64,000 nucleotides of DNA from an uncultured bacterium. GTDB taxonomy: Bacteria > Patescibacteriota > Patescibacteriia > UBA9570 > XYC2-FULL-38-9. This document shows positions 19,953-32,251 of this stretch, piece after piece. Within the stretch, counting starts at the first letter, position 1. Each line of letters starts with the position of its first letter. The stretch is from positions 117,571 through 181,570 of the forward strand of contig CALKUP010000001.1 in NCBI GenBank assembly GCA_937996685.1, written 5' to 3'. The translations under genes and the position numbers were made by a program. The notes under the pieces are model-generated. The model was not told where the DNA came from. It searched no databases and saw only the letters and a list, made by a program, of their open reading frames with translations.

Positions 19953-21029
19953 TTATTTTTTGTAGTTACTGGAACTTTCGATCATTTTCAGTGAATGTGG
20001 ATGTGATTCCGCAAAGCCGGCTGAAGTAATTTGAATAAAGTCTGGTTTCGTTGCGAGCGCTTTCAAGTTTTTTGCGCCATTATATCCCATTCCAGCCCGC
20101 AGCCCGCCAGCGAGTTGAAAGACAACATCTCCAACTGCGCCTTTATAATCCGTGTATCCAACAATTCCTTCCGCAACAAGTTTCTTTTTGTCCGTTGTGT
20201 CTTTTTGTCCGTAGCGATCTTTTGAGCCCATTTCCATTGCGTCCGCTGAGCCCATGCCGCGATACATTTTCAGTTTTTTACCGTCTTTTGTGATTACTTC
20301 ACCAGGCGCTTCGTCTGTTCCAGCAAATAATCCACCCGCCATCACAACTGTTGCTCCAGCAGCGAGAGCTTTGACGATATCGCCACTATATTTAATTCCA
20401 CCGTCTGCGATAATCGGTGTCTTGGTTTTTTTTGCAGCAGCAACTGCGTCCATCACAGCAGTGAGTTGGGGAGCGCCAACACCAGCAATCACACGCGTTG
20501 TGCAAATCGATCCTGGGCCAACACCGACTTTTACAACGTCAGCACCAGCCGCGATCAAGGCTTTTGTCCCAGCTCCAGATGCAACGTTTCCTCCAACAAC
20601 AACGATCCTTTTCCCAAAGGCTTTTTTAATCCGCTTCACTTGGTTTAAAACTGATTGCGCATGACCGTGTGCTGAGTCAACAACAATCATCCGCGCTCCA
20701 GCTTCAACCAATAATTTCGCGCGTTCAAATTCTTCGTCGCCACCGCCAACACTGGCTGCGCCAATTAAGCCGTCTGCAACCAATTGCTTCACCATTCCGG
20801 CTTGTGTTTCTGCTGCCATGTTTTTGTGAATGACTCCAAGTCCGCCGAGCTCGCTCATCGCTTTTGCCATTGCGTATTCTGTGACCGTATCCATTGGCGC
20901 GCTCAAAAATGGCAGTTCAAGTTTGATGCCAGCGAGGTTCACGCGCAAATCAGTGTTGCGTGGGGAAACCTCAGAATAGCGGGGAATGAGGAGAACGTCG
21001 TCGTATGTAAGGCCGAGGCGAATTTGCAT
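19953..21029 (-). CDS. guaB: IMP dehydrogenase, short form without CBS domains
   Basis: [35 protein letters not shown]. Confidence 0.93.
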   Translation of the reverse strand: MQIRLGLTYDDVLLIPRYSEVSPRNTDLRVNLAGIKLELPFLSAPMDTVTEYAMAKAMSELGGLGVIHKNMAAETQAGMVKQLVADGLIGAASVGGGDEEFERAKLLVEAGARMIVVDSAHGHAQSVLNQVKRIKKAFGKRIVVVGGNVASGAGTKALIAAGADVVKVGVGPGSICTTRVIAGVGAPQLTAVMDAVAAAKKTKTPIIADGGIKYSGDIVKALAAGATVVMAGGLFAGTDEAPGEVITKDGKKLKMYRGMGSADAMEMGSKDRYGQKDTTDKKKLVAEGIVGYTDYKGAVGDVVFQLAGGLRAGMGYNGAKNLKALATKPDFIQITSAGFAESHPHSLKMIESSSNYKK

Positions 21030-21120
21030 AAGGGTAAAAATAAATAATTAACCATATTTTACAACATTTCCCGACTTTTTTCAAGGTTGATTTTTCAGGC
21101 ATTTCGGGTACACTACGGCT

Positions 21121-22938
21121 ATGAATCAAAAACATATCGCCATTCTCGACTTTGGCTCTCAATATATGCACCTCATTTCTCGCCGTATTCGGCAAATGGG
21201 CGTGCTCACAAAAATTTATCCGTCCGATGTTCCAGCCTCAGAACTTGCTGATGCGTGGGGTGTGATTTTGTCTGGTGGTCCAAATGATGTGAATGAGCAA
21301 AAAATTGCCTATGACCCAGCAATTTTTGATTTGCCAGTGCCGGTGCTCGGCTTGTGTTATGGTCATCAGTTGATGGCGCATCATTATGGCGGTGCGGTGA
21401 AATCTGGTTTTGAAAGTGAATATGGTTTGGCCGAAATTGAAGTGCATGATGATTCTTCGTTATTTAAAGGATTGCAGAAAAATGAACCAGTCTGGATGAG
21501 TCATTGGGATTCTGTGGCGGAGCTTCCGGAAGGATTTCACATGACAGCGCGTACCAAGGCGGCGTCAATCTCTGGAATGGCAGATGATGCGCGTCGTCGG
21601 TATGGTCTGCAATTCCATGTTGAAGTAGCGCATACAACACACGGTATGGCGATGCTCGAAAATTTTGTGTTTGATATTTGCAACGCAGAAAAAAACTGGA
21701 GCATGGAGCAGTATTTATTGGAATTGACGGAAAAAATTAAACAGCAAGTTGGTGAACGTAATGTCTTTTTGTTTGTATCAGGTGGAGTTGATTCAACCGT
21801 TGCGTTTGCGTTGCTTGAAAAAATTCTCGGAAAAGAGCGGGTCTATGGCTTGCATGTCGACAACGGATTTATGCGTTTGAATGAATCTGCGTTGGTGAAA
21901 CAATCGCTCGCTGCAGCGGGGTTTGAAAATTTGCATGTTGTTGAAGCGCAAGATGATTTCCTCACAGCAGTTGCAGGCGTTGCGGAACCAGAAGAAAAGC
22001 GCAATATCATTGGCCGAACTTTTATTGATGTGCAGAAAAAGATGATTGCGGAGCTGAAATTTGATCCAGCGCAATGGATGCTCGGGCAAGGAACGATTTA
22101 CCCAGACACCATTGAATCTGGCGGAACAAAAGCATCCGATACAATTAAAACGCATCACAACCGGATTCCAGAAATCATGGAAATGATTGAACAAGGTGGT
22201 GTGATTGAACCGCTGAACGAACTCTATAAAGATGAAGTACGTGAACTCGGTGCGCAACTCGGCATCCCAGCGCCGCTCTTAAACCGTTGGCCGTTTCCAG
22301 GACCAGGCCTCTCAATCCGAACGTTGTGCAATACGGAAGAAAATGTTGTTGTTGAAAACGAAGCCGAGATTGATGCGCAGATCGCACAAATTATTGAACC
22401 AGCTGGAATTTCTGGTCGCGTATTACCAGTTCGCAGTGTTGGTGTCCAAGGAGATCAGCGTTCATATCAACATCCAGCATTGTTTTTCAACGCTGAAAAA
22501 GTTACTTGGGAGAAGCTGCAAGAATTGTCTGTTGAAACAACCAATGTGGTGAAGGGTGTGAATCGTGTGGTATTGCATGTCGCTGGTGGTAATCCAGCTG
22601 TTGTGCCGCGTTTATTACAAGGAACACTGACACAAGATCGACTTGACAAACTGCGTGAGGCGGAACAAGTGATGACGCAACATGTTGCAGCTGCTGGGCT
22701 CTACAACGACATTTGGCAATTTCCGGTAATTCTTGCGCCGCTGTCATTTACTGAAGACGACACTGAAACAATTGTGTTGCGCCCGATTGAATCACAAGAG
22801 GCGATGACCGTGAATTTCTATCCAATGAGCCAGCAAGTATTGCAAGATATGGCGAAAGAGCTGCTTGCTATCGAGGGGATTGGCGCGGTATTATTCGACA
22901 TTACCAATAAACCACCCGCAACAATTGAGTGGGAATAA
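21121..22938 (+). CDS. guaA: GMP synthase (glutamine-hydrolysing)
   Basis: ILDFGSQY, GLCYGHQ, SGGVDS, QGTIYPD, KPPATIEWE. Confidence 0.97.
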   Translation: MNQKHIAILDFGSQYMHLISRRIRQMGVLTKIYPSDVPASELADAWGVILSGGPNDVNEQKIAYDPAIFDLPVPVLGLCYGHQLMAHHYGGAVKSGFESEYGLAEIEVHDDSSLFKGLQKNEPVWMSHWDSVAELPEGFHMTARTKAASISGMADDARRRYGLQFHVEVAHTTHGMAMLENFVFDICNAEKNWSMEQYLLELTEKIKQQVGERNVFLFVSGGVDSTVAFALLEKILGKERVYGLHVDNGFMRLNESALVKQSLAAAGFENLHVVEAQDDFLTAVAGVAEPEEKRNIIGRTFIDVQKKMIAELKFDPAQWMLGQGTIYPDTIESGGTKASDTIKTHHNRIPEIMEMIEQGGVIEPLNELYKDEVRELGAQLGIPAPLLNRWPFPGPGLSIRTLCNTEENVVVENEAEIDAQIAQIIEPAGISGRVLPVRSVGVQGDQRSYQHPALFFNAEKVTWEKLQELSVETTNVVKGVNRVVLHVAGGNPAVVPRLLQGTLTQDRLDKLREAEQVMTQHVAAAGLYNDIWQFPVILAPLSFTEDDTETIVLRPIESQEAMTVNFYPMSQQVLQDMAKELLAIEGIGAVLFDITNKPPATIEWE

Positions 22939-23022
22939 AGTCATTGAAGCATTGACTTTTTTATAAAAAAATGGTACTATAATTATATAGTAGTGTTTTA
23001 CTATTAAAAAAATAAAAAAAAT

Positions 23023-24192
23023 ATGGGTTTTGAACGAAAATTACGCACATTTGCCGCAGCAGCGGGTTTAGCGGCAGCAAGCGGTGAGACGCGTCCAGCG
23101 GAGGCAATGGATGTGCAGCCACCAACAGAGCAAGTCGACGCAACTGATCCGCGGATTGCACGGTTGCCAGAACAAGTACGAGAACATCTCGTGACAGACA
23201 TTAAGACCGAAGCAAAGCGGTTTGTTGCGTATGTAAAAGATCCAGATATTGCATTGAGTGCCGCAGAGTCTGGAACAAATGTTTCAGAAGGACGCATGGG
23301 ACTAGAAGTAACAAAGGACGATATCAATCGTTGGATGTTTAACCCACAAGGCTTTGCGAGTCGTGAAAATCTTGGCGAAGGTGTCTTATGGACCCAAGAA
23401 GAGTTGGATCGTATGCAGGCTGGAGGTGTTGTTTCTCGGACAATGTCAGATACAGCACTGCGGCGCATGGCACCAGAACATGACCTTCCATTTTATCTTA
23501 CTGACACAATGGGCTTGTTGGCGGAAATGGATCAACGATTAGAGCATGGGCAAGATGCGTTTAATCCATTACGAAATGAAAAATTATCAAAAGAAGAGAA
23601 GCGCGCATTTGTAGTTTCTCTCACTGAAGCGTTTGGGTACACTGGTCCATTACTTCATTTTGTTCATGAAGAGCAGAAAAATAGCACAAACCATGAAACA
23701 CAAAAAACAAGTGCGTCTCGTGAAAAAGTGCGACATGGAGATGTTGTGGCGGCTGGCTTAGAACAAACCCGTATGTATGTAGAATATCTCCAAAGTCTTG
23801 TGGATCAATATCCGCAAACAGGTGAAATTTCATATGCAGAATATCGTGAGTTCGTGCAGCGTCTTGCAACATTGAGCGACTATATTCCACAGGCGAATTT
23901 AGTTCGTGGTGGATATGATGAATATTCACAACTTGCTGATTTACAAGCAGAGATTCTTGCAGCGGATACTGCAACAGGCGGTGCTATTGCTATAGCGGTT
24001 GAAGATTTGCATAAATCTGTTGAGTTTATGAAAGCTCGTGTCTCTGCTGCTGATCGTGCTAAATTTTTGCACGATCATAAAGATGCACTTGATGAGCAAG
24101 TTACTCGAGAACTTGCAAAAGTAACAGGTGAGAAACCATCTCAGTATCAAAAAGACGCAATCGAACGAACGATTGCACCTGAGCTGAGATAA
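23023..24192 (+). CDS. Hypothetical exported or anchored protein
   Basis: N-terminal RKLRTFAAAAGLAAA segment; TTGACT-N17-TACTAT promoter candidate upstream. Confidence 0.75.
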   Translation: MGFERKLRTFAAAAGLAAASGETRPAEAMDVQPPTEQVDATDPRIARLPEQVREHLVTDIKTEAKRFVAYVKDPDIALSAAESGTNVSEGRMGLEVTKDDINRWMFNPQGFASRENLGEGVLWTQEELDRMQAGGVVSRTMSDTALRRMAPEHDLPFYLTDTMGLLAEMDQRLEHGQDAFNPLRNEKLSKEEKRAFVVSLTEAFGYTGPLLHFVHEEQKNSTNHETQKTSASREKVRHGDVVAAGLEQTRMYVEYLQSLVDQYPQTGEISYAEYREFVQRLATLSDYIPQANLVRGGYDEYSQLADLQAEILAADTATGGAIAIAVEDLHKSVEFMKARVSAADRAKFLHDHKDALDEQVTRELAKVTGEKPSQYQKDAIERTIAPELR

Positions 24193-24206
24193 GGTTGGTT
24201 CATCTC

Positions 24207-24235
24207 AAAAAGCCCCTTTGAACGGGGCTTTTTTT
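24207..24235 (+). terminator. Intrinsic terminator
   Basis: AAAAAGCCCC-loop-GGGGCTTTTTTT. Confidence 0.8.
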
Positions 24236-24247
24236 GTGGTATAATAA

Positions 24248-26680
24248 ATGCCTATGCCAGCAAAAAAGAAGGTCACACCTGATGATGACACACCAAAAAA
24301 ACGCAAACGCGCGAAAAAAGCCGTTGAAATTGAAGAATTTGAAGATGACGAAGAAGAGGATGATGCAGAATTGTTCCAATTTTCTGATGAACACGGAACA
24401 CAACGCGGGTTAACAGTGATTTTTTTCTTTAGTATTGCAGTGTTGTCGTTCTTGTCGTTTATTGATGCGGCAGGGGATCTTGGAATCTGGATTGATACCG
24501 GCCTCGGCTGGTTGTTTGGTTGGGGGCGATATATGATGACCGTTGTGTTTGCGGCTCTTGGATATGTGTTGTTACACCCAAATCGATATCAAGTGCGCGC
24601 AGTCAATTGGGTTGGTGCAGTGTTATTCGTTTTATCAAGTTTGGCAATTATTCATTTATGGATTCCAATTGATCAGTCAGTGGCTGTGCTTGCTGATGGT
24701 CGAGGCGGCGGACTGTTTGGTGTGTTGCTGGCATTTCCGTTGTTAAAATATGCTGGTGTGTTTGCATCTGTTGTGATTTTACTTGCCTTGTTTATCGCTT
24801 CAATTCTCATGATGTTTGAAACATCATTAAATGCGTTGCTTGATGTGATTGGTTCTGTACGCGTTTTAGCAAAACCAGTGGAATGGATTCGAAAGCGAAT
24901 TACTGCACGTCGGTATGGATATACATTAGATGAGGATTCAGATGAAGACGACGAAGAGGAGTGGGAAGAAATTGAGGATGATGAAGAAATCGAAGAAGAG
25001 GTGGAAGCACCTGTGTTCACGACAGCAGAATTGCAAGACCGAACGGAAGAAGCGGCGATTGATCCAACGTCTGCTGAGCAGTTAGAGTTTGTTCCACAAA
25101 AACCAAAACGCCGCCGCACAAAAGTCGATATGCCACTTGATTTATTGGTGCGCAGTACAGACAAGCCAATGAGTGGCGACATTGAAGGCAACAAAGAAAA
25201 GATCCGATCGACGTTTGAAAATTTCCGCATTGACGTTGAAATGGAAGAGGTGAGTGTTGGCCCAATGGTGACGCAATATGCATTGAAGCCGGCGCAAGGG
25301 GTGAAACTCACGCAGATTACATCACTGAGCAATGATCTTGCACTCGCACTTGCTGCGCATCCAATTCGTATTGAAGCGCCAATTCCAGGAAAGTCACAAG
25401 TCGGTATTGAAGTCCCAAACAAAACAACTGCGACTGTCCGTTTGCGTGATTTGTTGGAATCCAAAGAATTCAAAAAACGTGAAGATAATTTGATGTTCTG
25501 TATTGGTCGTGATGTCTCTGGAAAAACTGCGATGGTGTCGGTGAACAAAATGCCGCATGTATTGATTGCGGGTGCGACCGGTTCTGGAAAATCAGTTGGT
25601 ATCAATAGTTTGATTGTATCGCTCTTGTATCAAAATTCACCAGATGATTTGAAATTCATCATGGTCGATCCGAAGCGTGTGGAATTGTCTGTCTATAATG
25701 GTATTCCACATTTACTCACACCGGTCATTACTGATGTTGAAAAAACGGTGAACTCATTGAAATGGGCAGTGACAGAAATGGACCGTCGATATGAAGTCTT
25801 GTCACGAGCGGGCAAACGAAATATTGAAGGTTATAATGCAGCGGCGAATAATGAAGAGCGCATGCCATATATCGTCTTTATTATTGATGAATTAGCGGAC
25901 ATTATGTCTGTGGCGTCGACCTCTGTTGAAGCGGCGATTGTGCGTTTGTCTCAAATGTCTCGTGCGGTCGGAATCCATCTTGTGCTTGCAACGCAGCGCC
26001 CATCCGTCAATGTCATCACCGGTTTAATTAAAGCCAATATGCCAACGCGTATTGCGTTTGCGGTCACATCATTAGTTGATTCCCGAACAATTTTGGATTT
26101 CTCCGGCGCGGAAAAATTACTTGGTCGTGGTGATATGCTCTACATTGATCCAAGTACCAGTAAACCACGTCGCTATCAAGGTGCGTATATTGATGAAACT
26201 GAAATTGAAAAAGTCGTTGAATTTTTGAAAGAAGAAGCTGGCGAGCCGGATTACGATTCAAACATCACCGATAAAATTTCAGTCAAAGGTGTCCCAGGAA
26301 TGGTCAGTGATGGGATGGGAAGTGACGAAGATGAGTTGTTGGATGAAGCGAAGAAAGTGTTGTTGCAAGCCGGCAAAGCTTCTGCGTCATTGTTGCAACG
26401 TCGTTTACGAGTCGGATATGCGCGCGCTGCTCGCATCTTGGATATCCTTGAAGAGCAAGGATTTATTGGACCTGCAGAAGGCAGTAAGCCCCGTGAAATT
26501 TTGGCAACAGAAGAAGATCTTGGTCCTGCTGATGAAGAATCAGAAGATGACGAAGAAGGTGAATATGAAGATGATCCGTTAGATGAGGTGACAACTGATG
26601 ACGAGGAAGAGGACGACGAAGATGCATTGGAAGAAGACGATGAGGAGGATGAAGATTCGCAGGAGATTGAGCGTGTATAA
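24248..26680 (+). CDS. ftsK: DNA translocase FtsK
   Basis: 4TM N-terminus, AGATGSGKS Walker A, ATQRPS, gamma domain LLQRRLRVGYARAARILD. Confidence 0.97.
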   Translation: MPMPAKKKVTPDDDTPKKRKRAKKAVEIEEFEDDEEEDDAELFQFSDEHGTQRGLTVIFFFSIAVLSFLSFIDAAGDLGIWIDTGLGWLFGWGRYMMTVVFAALGYVLLHPNRYQVRAVNWVGAVLFVLSSLAIIHLWIPIDQSVAVLADGRGGGLFGVLLAFPLLKYAGVFASVVILLALFIASILMMFETSLNALLDVIGSVRVLAKPVEWIRKRITARRYGYTLDEDSDEDDEEEWEEIEDDEEIEEEVEAPVFTTAELQDRTEEAAIDPTSAEQLEFVPQKPKRRRTKVDMPLDLLVRSTDKPMSGDIEGNKEKIRSTFENFRIDVEMEEVSVGPMVTQYALKPAQGVKLTQITSLSNDLALALAAHPIRIEAPIPGKSQVGIEVPNKTTATVRLRDLLESKEFKKREDNLMFCIGRDVSGKTAMVSVNKMPHVLIAGATGSGKSVGINSLIVSLLYQNSPDDLKFIMVDPKRVELSVYNGIPHLLTPVITDVEKTVNSLKWAVTEMDRRYEVLSRAGKRNIEGYNAAANNEERMPYIVFIIDELADIMSVASTSVEAAIVRLSQMSRAVGIHLVLATQRPSVNVITGLIKANMPTRIAFAVTSLVDSRTILDFSGAEKLLGRGDMLYIDPSTSKPRRYQGAYIDETEIEKVVEFLKEEAGEPDYDSNITDKISVKGVPGMVSDGMGSDEDELLDEAKKVLLQAGKASASLLQRRLRVGYARAARILDILEEQGFIGPAEGSKPREILATEEDLGPADEESEDDEEGEYEDDPLDEVTTDDEEEDDEDALEEDDEEDEDSQEIERV

Positions 26681-26682
26681 GA

Positions 26683-27432
26683 ATGATAAATCCATTTCAG
26701 AAAAAACCAATCGACAGCAAACAAACTCTCGGTGAAATTTTGCAGGCCGCGCGGGCAGAAAAAAATATTGATCTTGAAACTGCGAGCAAGCACACCAAAA
26801 TTAATCGTGTCTTTTTGACTGCGCTTGAAAAGGGGCGATATGCGGCATTGCCGTCACCGGTGTATATTCGCAATTATGTGACGGTGTATGCGAAATATCT
26901 TGGTATTCCGTGGGATTTTATTGCAGAGCAATACGAAAAAGAAATTGCGACGTATCAAGATGTGCCAAAAGCACTCCATGAACAAGTTGGACAATTGTTG
27001 CCGAATGCAAAAAAACAACAGACAGCAAAAAAGATTGTTGTGACACGGACGCGTGAACATACGCATGCAATTTTAGTTCCGCAGCTTGTGAAATTCGGTG
27101 TTGTTGGGTTGCTCGCGCTCGCATTTTTGCTCTACGTCACAATTCAATTAGTTCGGTTATATAACCCACCAATGCTTGATGTCACAAATCCAGCGTCTGA
27201 CTTTCAAACAACCACCGAAAAAATTACCATCGCTGGAACAACATCTCCTGAAGCGACAATTGAAATCAACGGTCAACGGCAAGACGTTGGCTTTGATGGG
27301 CAATTTTCAGCAGAGCTCTATGTGAAGGATGGGTTGAATACGATTCGTGTCACCAGTCAATTCAAACACAGTAAAAAAAGGGAAGTGATTCGCCAAGTAT
27401 TGTTTGACGCAGAGGCAAAAAGCGGCCAATAA
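26683..27432 (+). CDS. RodZ-like HTH membrane protein with C-terminal Ig-like domain
   Basis: TLGEILQAAR...ALEKG...YIRNYVTVYAKYLG; one TM helix. Confidence 0.8.
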   Translation: MINPFQKKPIDSKQTLGEILQAARAEKNIDLETASKHTKINRVFLTALEKGRYAALPSPVYIRNYVTVYAKYLGIPWDFIAEQYEKEIATYQDVPKALHEQVGQLLPNAKKQQTAKKIVVTRTREHTHAILVPQLVKFGVVGLLALAFLLYVTIQLVRLYNPPMLDVTNPASDFQTTTEKITIAGTTSPEATIEINGQRQDVGFDGQFSAELYVKDGLNTIRVTSQFKHSKKREVIRQVLFDAEAKSGQ

Positions 27433-27437
27433 CACAC

Positions 27438-27509
27438 TTCGGTTTTTATTCGGTTATCCACAGGTTGTGCGAAACCCTCTTTTGACTTCGGTTTTTATTC
27501 GGGTATACT
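27438..27509 (+). promoter_or_regulatory. recA promoter with two TTCGG-N6-TTCGG direct repeats and a DnaA box
   Basis: Repeats at 27438-27453 and 27487-27502; TTATCCACA 27454-27462; TTGACT-N16-TATACT. Confidence 0.75.
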
Positions 27510-27551
27510 ATAGAGGTCACCCTAGATATATAAATGAATTAAATTATTCGT

Positions 27552-28604
27552 ATGGCAACAAAAAAAGATGTTGAACCAAAAGAAGCAAAGACTGTAAAAG
27601 AGGTTAAAGAAGACGGGAAGCAGCAGGCAGCGCAGCTCGCAATTGCACAAATTCGTGATCGATTCGGCGAAGGATCGATCATGAAGCTCGGGGATTCAAA
27701 ACATATGAATGTTGAATCAGTGCCGAGTGGTTGTCTCTCTTTGGACTTGGCTCTTGGGGTCGGAGGAATGCCACGTGGTCGCGTTGTTGAAATTTATGGG
27801 CCAGAATCATCTGGTAAAACCACTTTAGCGCAACATGTGATTGCAGAAGTGCAAAAGATGGGCGGAACAGCAGCGTTTATTGACGCAGAACATGCGCTGG
27901 ATCCTGAATATGCAAAAAAGATTGGCATCAACACAAATGACATGTTGATTTCTCAACCAGACAATGGTGAGCAAGCGCTTGAAATTTTAGAAACACTGGT
28001 ACGATCAAATGCAGTTGACGTGATTGTTGTCGACTCTGTTGCAGCACTCACTCCACGTGCTGAAATTGAAGGGGATATGGGAGATTCTCATATGGGTTTG
28101 CAAGCGCGTTTAATGAGTCAGGCGCTTCGTAAGTTGACAAGTATCATTTCAAAAACAAACTGCGTTGTGATTTTCATCAACCAAACCCGAATGAAAATTG
28201 GCGTTGTGTTTGGTAATCCAGAAACAACAACTGGTGGAACAGCGTTGAAATTTTATTCTTCTGTGCGTATTGAAGTGCGTCGCGCAGCCCAAATTAAAAA
28301 GGGTGAAGTGACAATCGGTAATCGTGTGAAAGTCAAAATTGTGAAAAATAAAGTGGCCGCTCCATTCCGTACAACAGAATTCGACATTATGTACAATGAA
28401 GGTATTAGTTTATCCGGCGACTTACTTGATACTGGTGTCGCATTAGAATCAATTAAGAAAAGTGGAAATACCTATTCATTCGGTGAAGAAAAACTTGGTG
28501 TTGGTCGTGAAGCAGCGAAGCAATATTTGAATGAGCATCCAAAACTGATGAAGGATATTCGAAAAGCCGTAATGACAAGTGTTGCAGAAAGTAAAAATAA
28601 ATAA
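27552..28604 (+). CDS. recA: Recombinase A
   Basis: [26 protein letters not shown]. Confidence 0.99.
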   Translation: MATKKDVEPKEAKTVKEVKEDGKQQAAQLAIAQIRDRFGEGSIMKLGDSKHMNVESVPSGCLSLDLALGVGGMPRGRVVEIYGPESSGKTTLAQHVIAEVQKMGGTAAFIDAEHALDPEYAKKIGINTNDMLISQPDNGEQALEILETLVRSNAVDVIVVDSVAALTPRAEIEGDMGDSHMGLQARLMSQALRKLTSIISKTNCVVIFINQTRMKIGVVFGNPETTTGGTALKFYSSVRIEVRRAAQIKKGEVTIGNRVKVKIVKNKVAAPFRTTEFDIMYNEGISLSGDLLDTGVALESIKKSGNTYSFGEEKLGVGREAAKQYLNEHPKLMKDIRKAVMTSVAESKNK

Positions 28605-28621
28605 AGAGACAGTACTCTTTC

Positions 28622-28652
28622 AAAAAAGACCAAGGATTACTTGGTCTTTTTT
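28622..28652. terminator. Bidirectional terminator after recA
   Basis: AAAAAAGACCAAG-loop-CTTGGTCTTTTTT. Confidence 0.8.
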
Positions 28653-29044
28653 AGTTGCTGACGTTTCTTTTGAATACCGCGCTGTATAATGTAATAGACT
28701 TCAACTGCAAGGCCAGCTAGTAGTGCGTCAATAAAAGCGGTGATCACCATTTGCGGAACTATAGAAAATAGCGCAGCAACTGAGAAGTTGCTCACGACAA
28801 CAAATAATGATTGCAAGAGACCAATGATTGCACCGACAAATACCCCGACAACAGCAGAGACTTTCCATGATTCTCGGATTGCAATAGTGTATCGACTAAT
28901 CATATAGACAACAAACAGATGTACCCCAATCAAGATATAGAGTTGATAGACATTAAAGTAGGCAGCGCATGATAAGGCTGTGCTGCCAATGACAGTCCAG
29001 AAGAGTTTTTCGAGGAAATACTCGGTACGTTCGGTCGGTTCCAT
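28637..29044 (-). CDS. Four-TM membrane protein
   Basis: Four hydrophobic segments and a basic tail. Confidence 0.75.
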   Translation of the reverse strand: MEPTERTEYFLEKLFWTVIGSTALSCAAYFNVYQLYILIGVHLFVVYMISRYTIAIRESWKVSAVVGVFVGAIIGLLQSLFVVVSNFSVAALFSIVPQMVITAFIDALLAGLAVEVYYIIQRGIQKKRQQLKKTK

Positions 29045-29100
29045 ATGCAGCCTATTGTATCATAAAATTGTCTGTGTTAGGGTGTTTTTGGAGGTGAGTT

Positions 29101-29187
29101 ATGCCGTTTGGTCGGTCATTGGCAGAATTGACTGTGGTTATCGTAGTTCTGGTCGCCTTCGCGATGTACTGCGTGTCTCGGCCATGA
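29101..29187 (+). CDS. 28-aa hydrophobic peptide with prepilin-like N-terminus; islet E1
   Basis: GGAGG SD; MPFGRSLAELTVVIVVLVAFAMYCVSRP; below the ORF-track cutoff. Confidence 0.5.
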   Translation: MPFGRSLAELTVVIVVLVAFAMYCVSRP

Positions 29188-29315
29188 GCGGCGGGAACAT
29201 TCCGCATGGACTTGGCGACATCATCCTCGGGGTGGCTGTCTTCGTAGTTTTCGTGGCGGCGCTTTCTTGCGCTGGGTTCATGTATATGGTTGGGACTTTC
29301 TTCGGATTGTTCTGA
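29184..29315 (+). CDS. 43-aa membrane peptide; islet E2
   Basis: ATGA overlap with E1; MSGGNIPHGLGDIILGVAVFVVFVAALSCAGFMYMVGTFFGLF. Confidence 0.5.
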   Translation: MSGGNIPHGLGDIILGVAVFVVFVAALSCAGFMYMVGTFFGLF

Positions 29316-29354
29316 CCCTTTGTCTATTAGATAGGTTTTAGTATACTGCTCAAT

Positions 29355-30179
29355 ATGGAGTTTAAAGCAATAAACCCAAAAACAGAAAAATCACAAGGAG
29401 TGGGTGTTGATTTTTCTGTGGAAAATTTTGGCAATTTTATTGTTGTTCATTCTTCAGAGGGGAGAGCTCTACGGTTGAATGGCGGACTTGAAATTAAGCG
29501 TATTAATAATGAGCAGTGCAGTTTTTTGGTTTCCCTGGATAAGGAAGGTCTTCATGCTGCATATATACCGGGAGTTGATATTTTCCGCATTGGAAAAGGA
29601 GTTTTATCTGACTTTGAAAAGGATCCATTGATTGCTGATAGAGTGTTTGCTCATGAAGCAGCGCATAGAAGGTTTTTTCAATCGTCAAAAATGGAACAAG
29701 CCACACTGGCTGATGGCATGTATTTGGATAATCCCGAAGCTTTTCAGCGGCTTACTCATTCTTTTTATAATTCTAGATTAGGTAAATCCTACGCAGGAGT
29801 GCATGGCCACGATTTTAATGTCGGTGATTTTTTAACGAAAGGAAAAAAATCAGGTTTAAGAGATGACCGTGTTTTTCAATTAACTGAAAGTGATGACATG
29901 AGGTTGGGATTATTTGTGACAGAGATGCTTTCTTATATGTCTCCATTATTCCTCCCTAACGGTCAATTAGAGTTTGAAAAAGAAGCGGCTGGGTATAAAG
30001 ATCCTGTATCGGGAGGTTCTTTTTTTGAAAACTTATATAGAATGTATACTGTTCTCATGGATATGCCTGACCGACAAAAAATACAATATACATCTTTATT
30101 TCGTGACGCTTCCCCTCAGTCACTCTCAGTTTTTCGGCAATTTATTGCTGATGTTCAAAAAAAACAGAAGCGCCAATAA
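29355..30179 (+). CDS. Putative HExxH zinc metallopeptidase-like protein
   Basis: VFAHEAAHRRF with a downstream Glu (TEMLSY); AT-rich. Confidence 0.6.
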   Translation: MEFKAINPKTEKSQGVGVDFSVENFGNFIVVHSSEGRALRLNGGLEIKRINNEQCSFLVSLDKEGLHAAYIPGVDIFRIGKGVLSDFEKDPLIADRVFAHEAAHRRFFQSSKMEQATLADGMYLDNPEAFQRLTHSFYNSRLGKSYAGVHGHDFNVGDFLTKGKKSGLRDDRVFQLTESDDMRLGLFVTEMLSYMSPLFLPNGQLEFEKEAAGYKDPVSGGSFFENLYRMYTVLMDMPDRQKIQYTSLFRDASPQSLSVFRQFIADVQKKQKRQ

Positions 30180-30226
30180 AAAAAAGATGAGACTTGAAGT
30201 CTCATCTTTTTGCATACACGAATGAT

Positions 30227-31882
<1,656 letters not shown>

Positions 31883-31890
31883 TCAAATAA

Positions 31891-32169
31891 TTATTTAATA
31901 ACAGCAAGCACTTCTTTGTCTGTCAGAATTTTGAATTCTTTCGTTTTGTCGTCAGTTTCAATGTCGTCTCCGCCGTATTTGCCAAATAAGACAACATCGC
32001 CAACAGCAAGTGATAGGGCAGTGATTTTTTCGCCATTACCAATGGCAACAATTGTGCCTTCTGCCTTTTTTTCTTTTGCAGAATCTGGCAAGACAATTCC
32101 ACTGGCTGTGGTTGTTTCAGTTTGTTTGACTTCGACAAGAAGTCGATCACCTAACGGTTGAATCGCCAT
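31891..32169 (-). CDS. groS: Co-chaperonin GroES
   Basis: IQPLGDRLLV, TASGIVLPDSAKEK. Confidence 0.99.
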   Translation of the reverse strand: MAIQPLGDRLLVEVKQTETTTASGIVLPDSAKEKKAEGTIVAIGNGEKITALSLAVGDVVLFGKYGGDDIETDDKTKEFKILTDKEVLAVIK

Positions 32170-32206
32170 AAAAATAGAAAAATTAATGAATAAATATAGA
32201 TGTAGA

Positions 32207-32233
32207 TTAGCACTCTCATGTAGAGACTGCTAA
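32207..32233. promoter_or_regulatory. CIRCE element (HrcA operator)
   Basis: TTAGCACTC-N9-GACTGCTAA, 1 mismatch to consensus, between the - strand promoter TTGACG-N17-TATTCT (32237-32265) and groS. Confidence 0.92.
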
Positions 32234-32251
32234 TACAGAATAGCGAAGATT

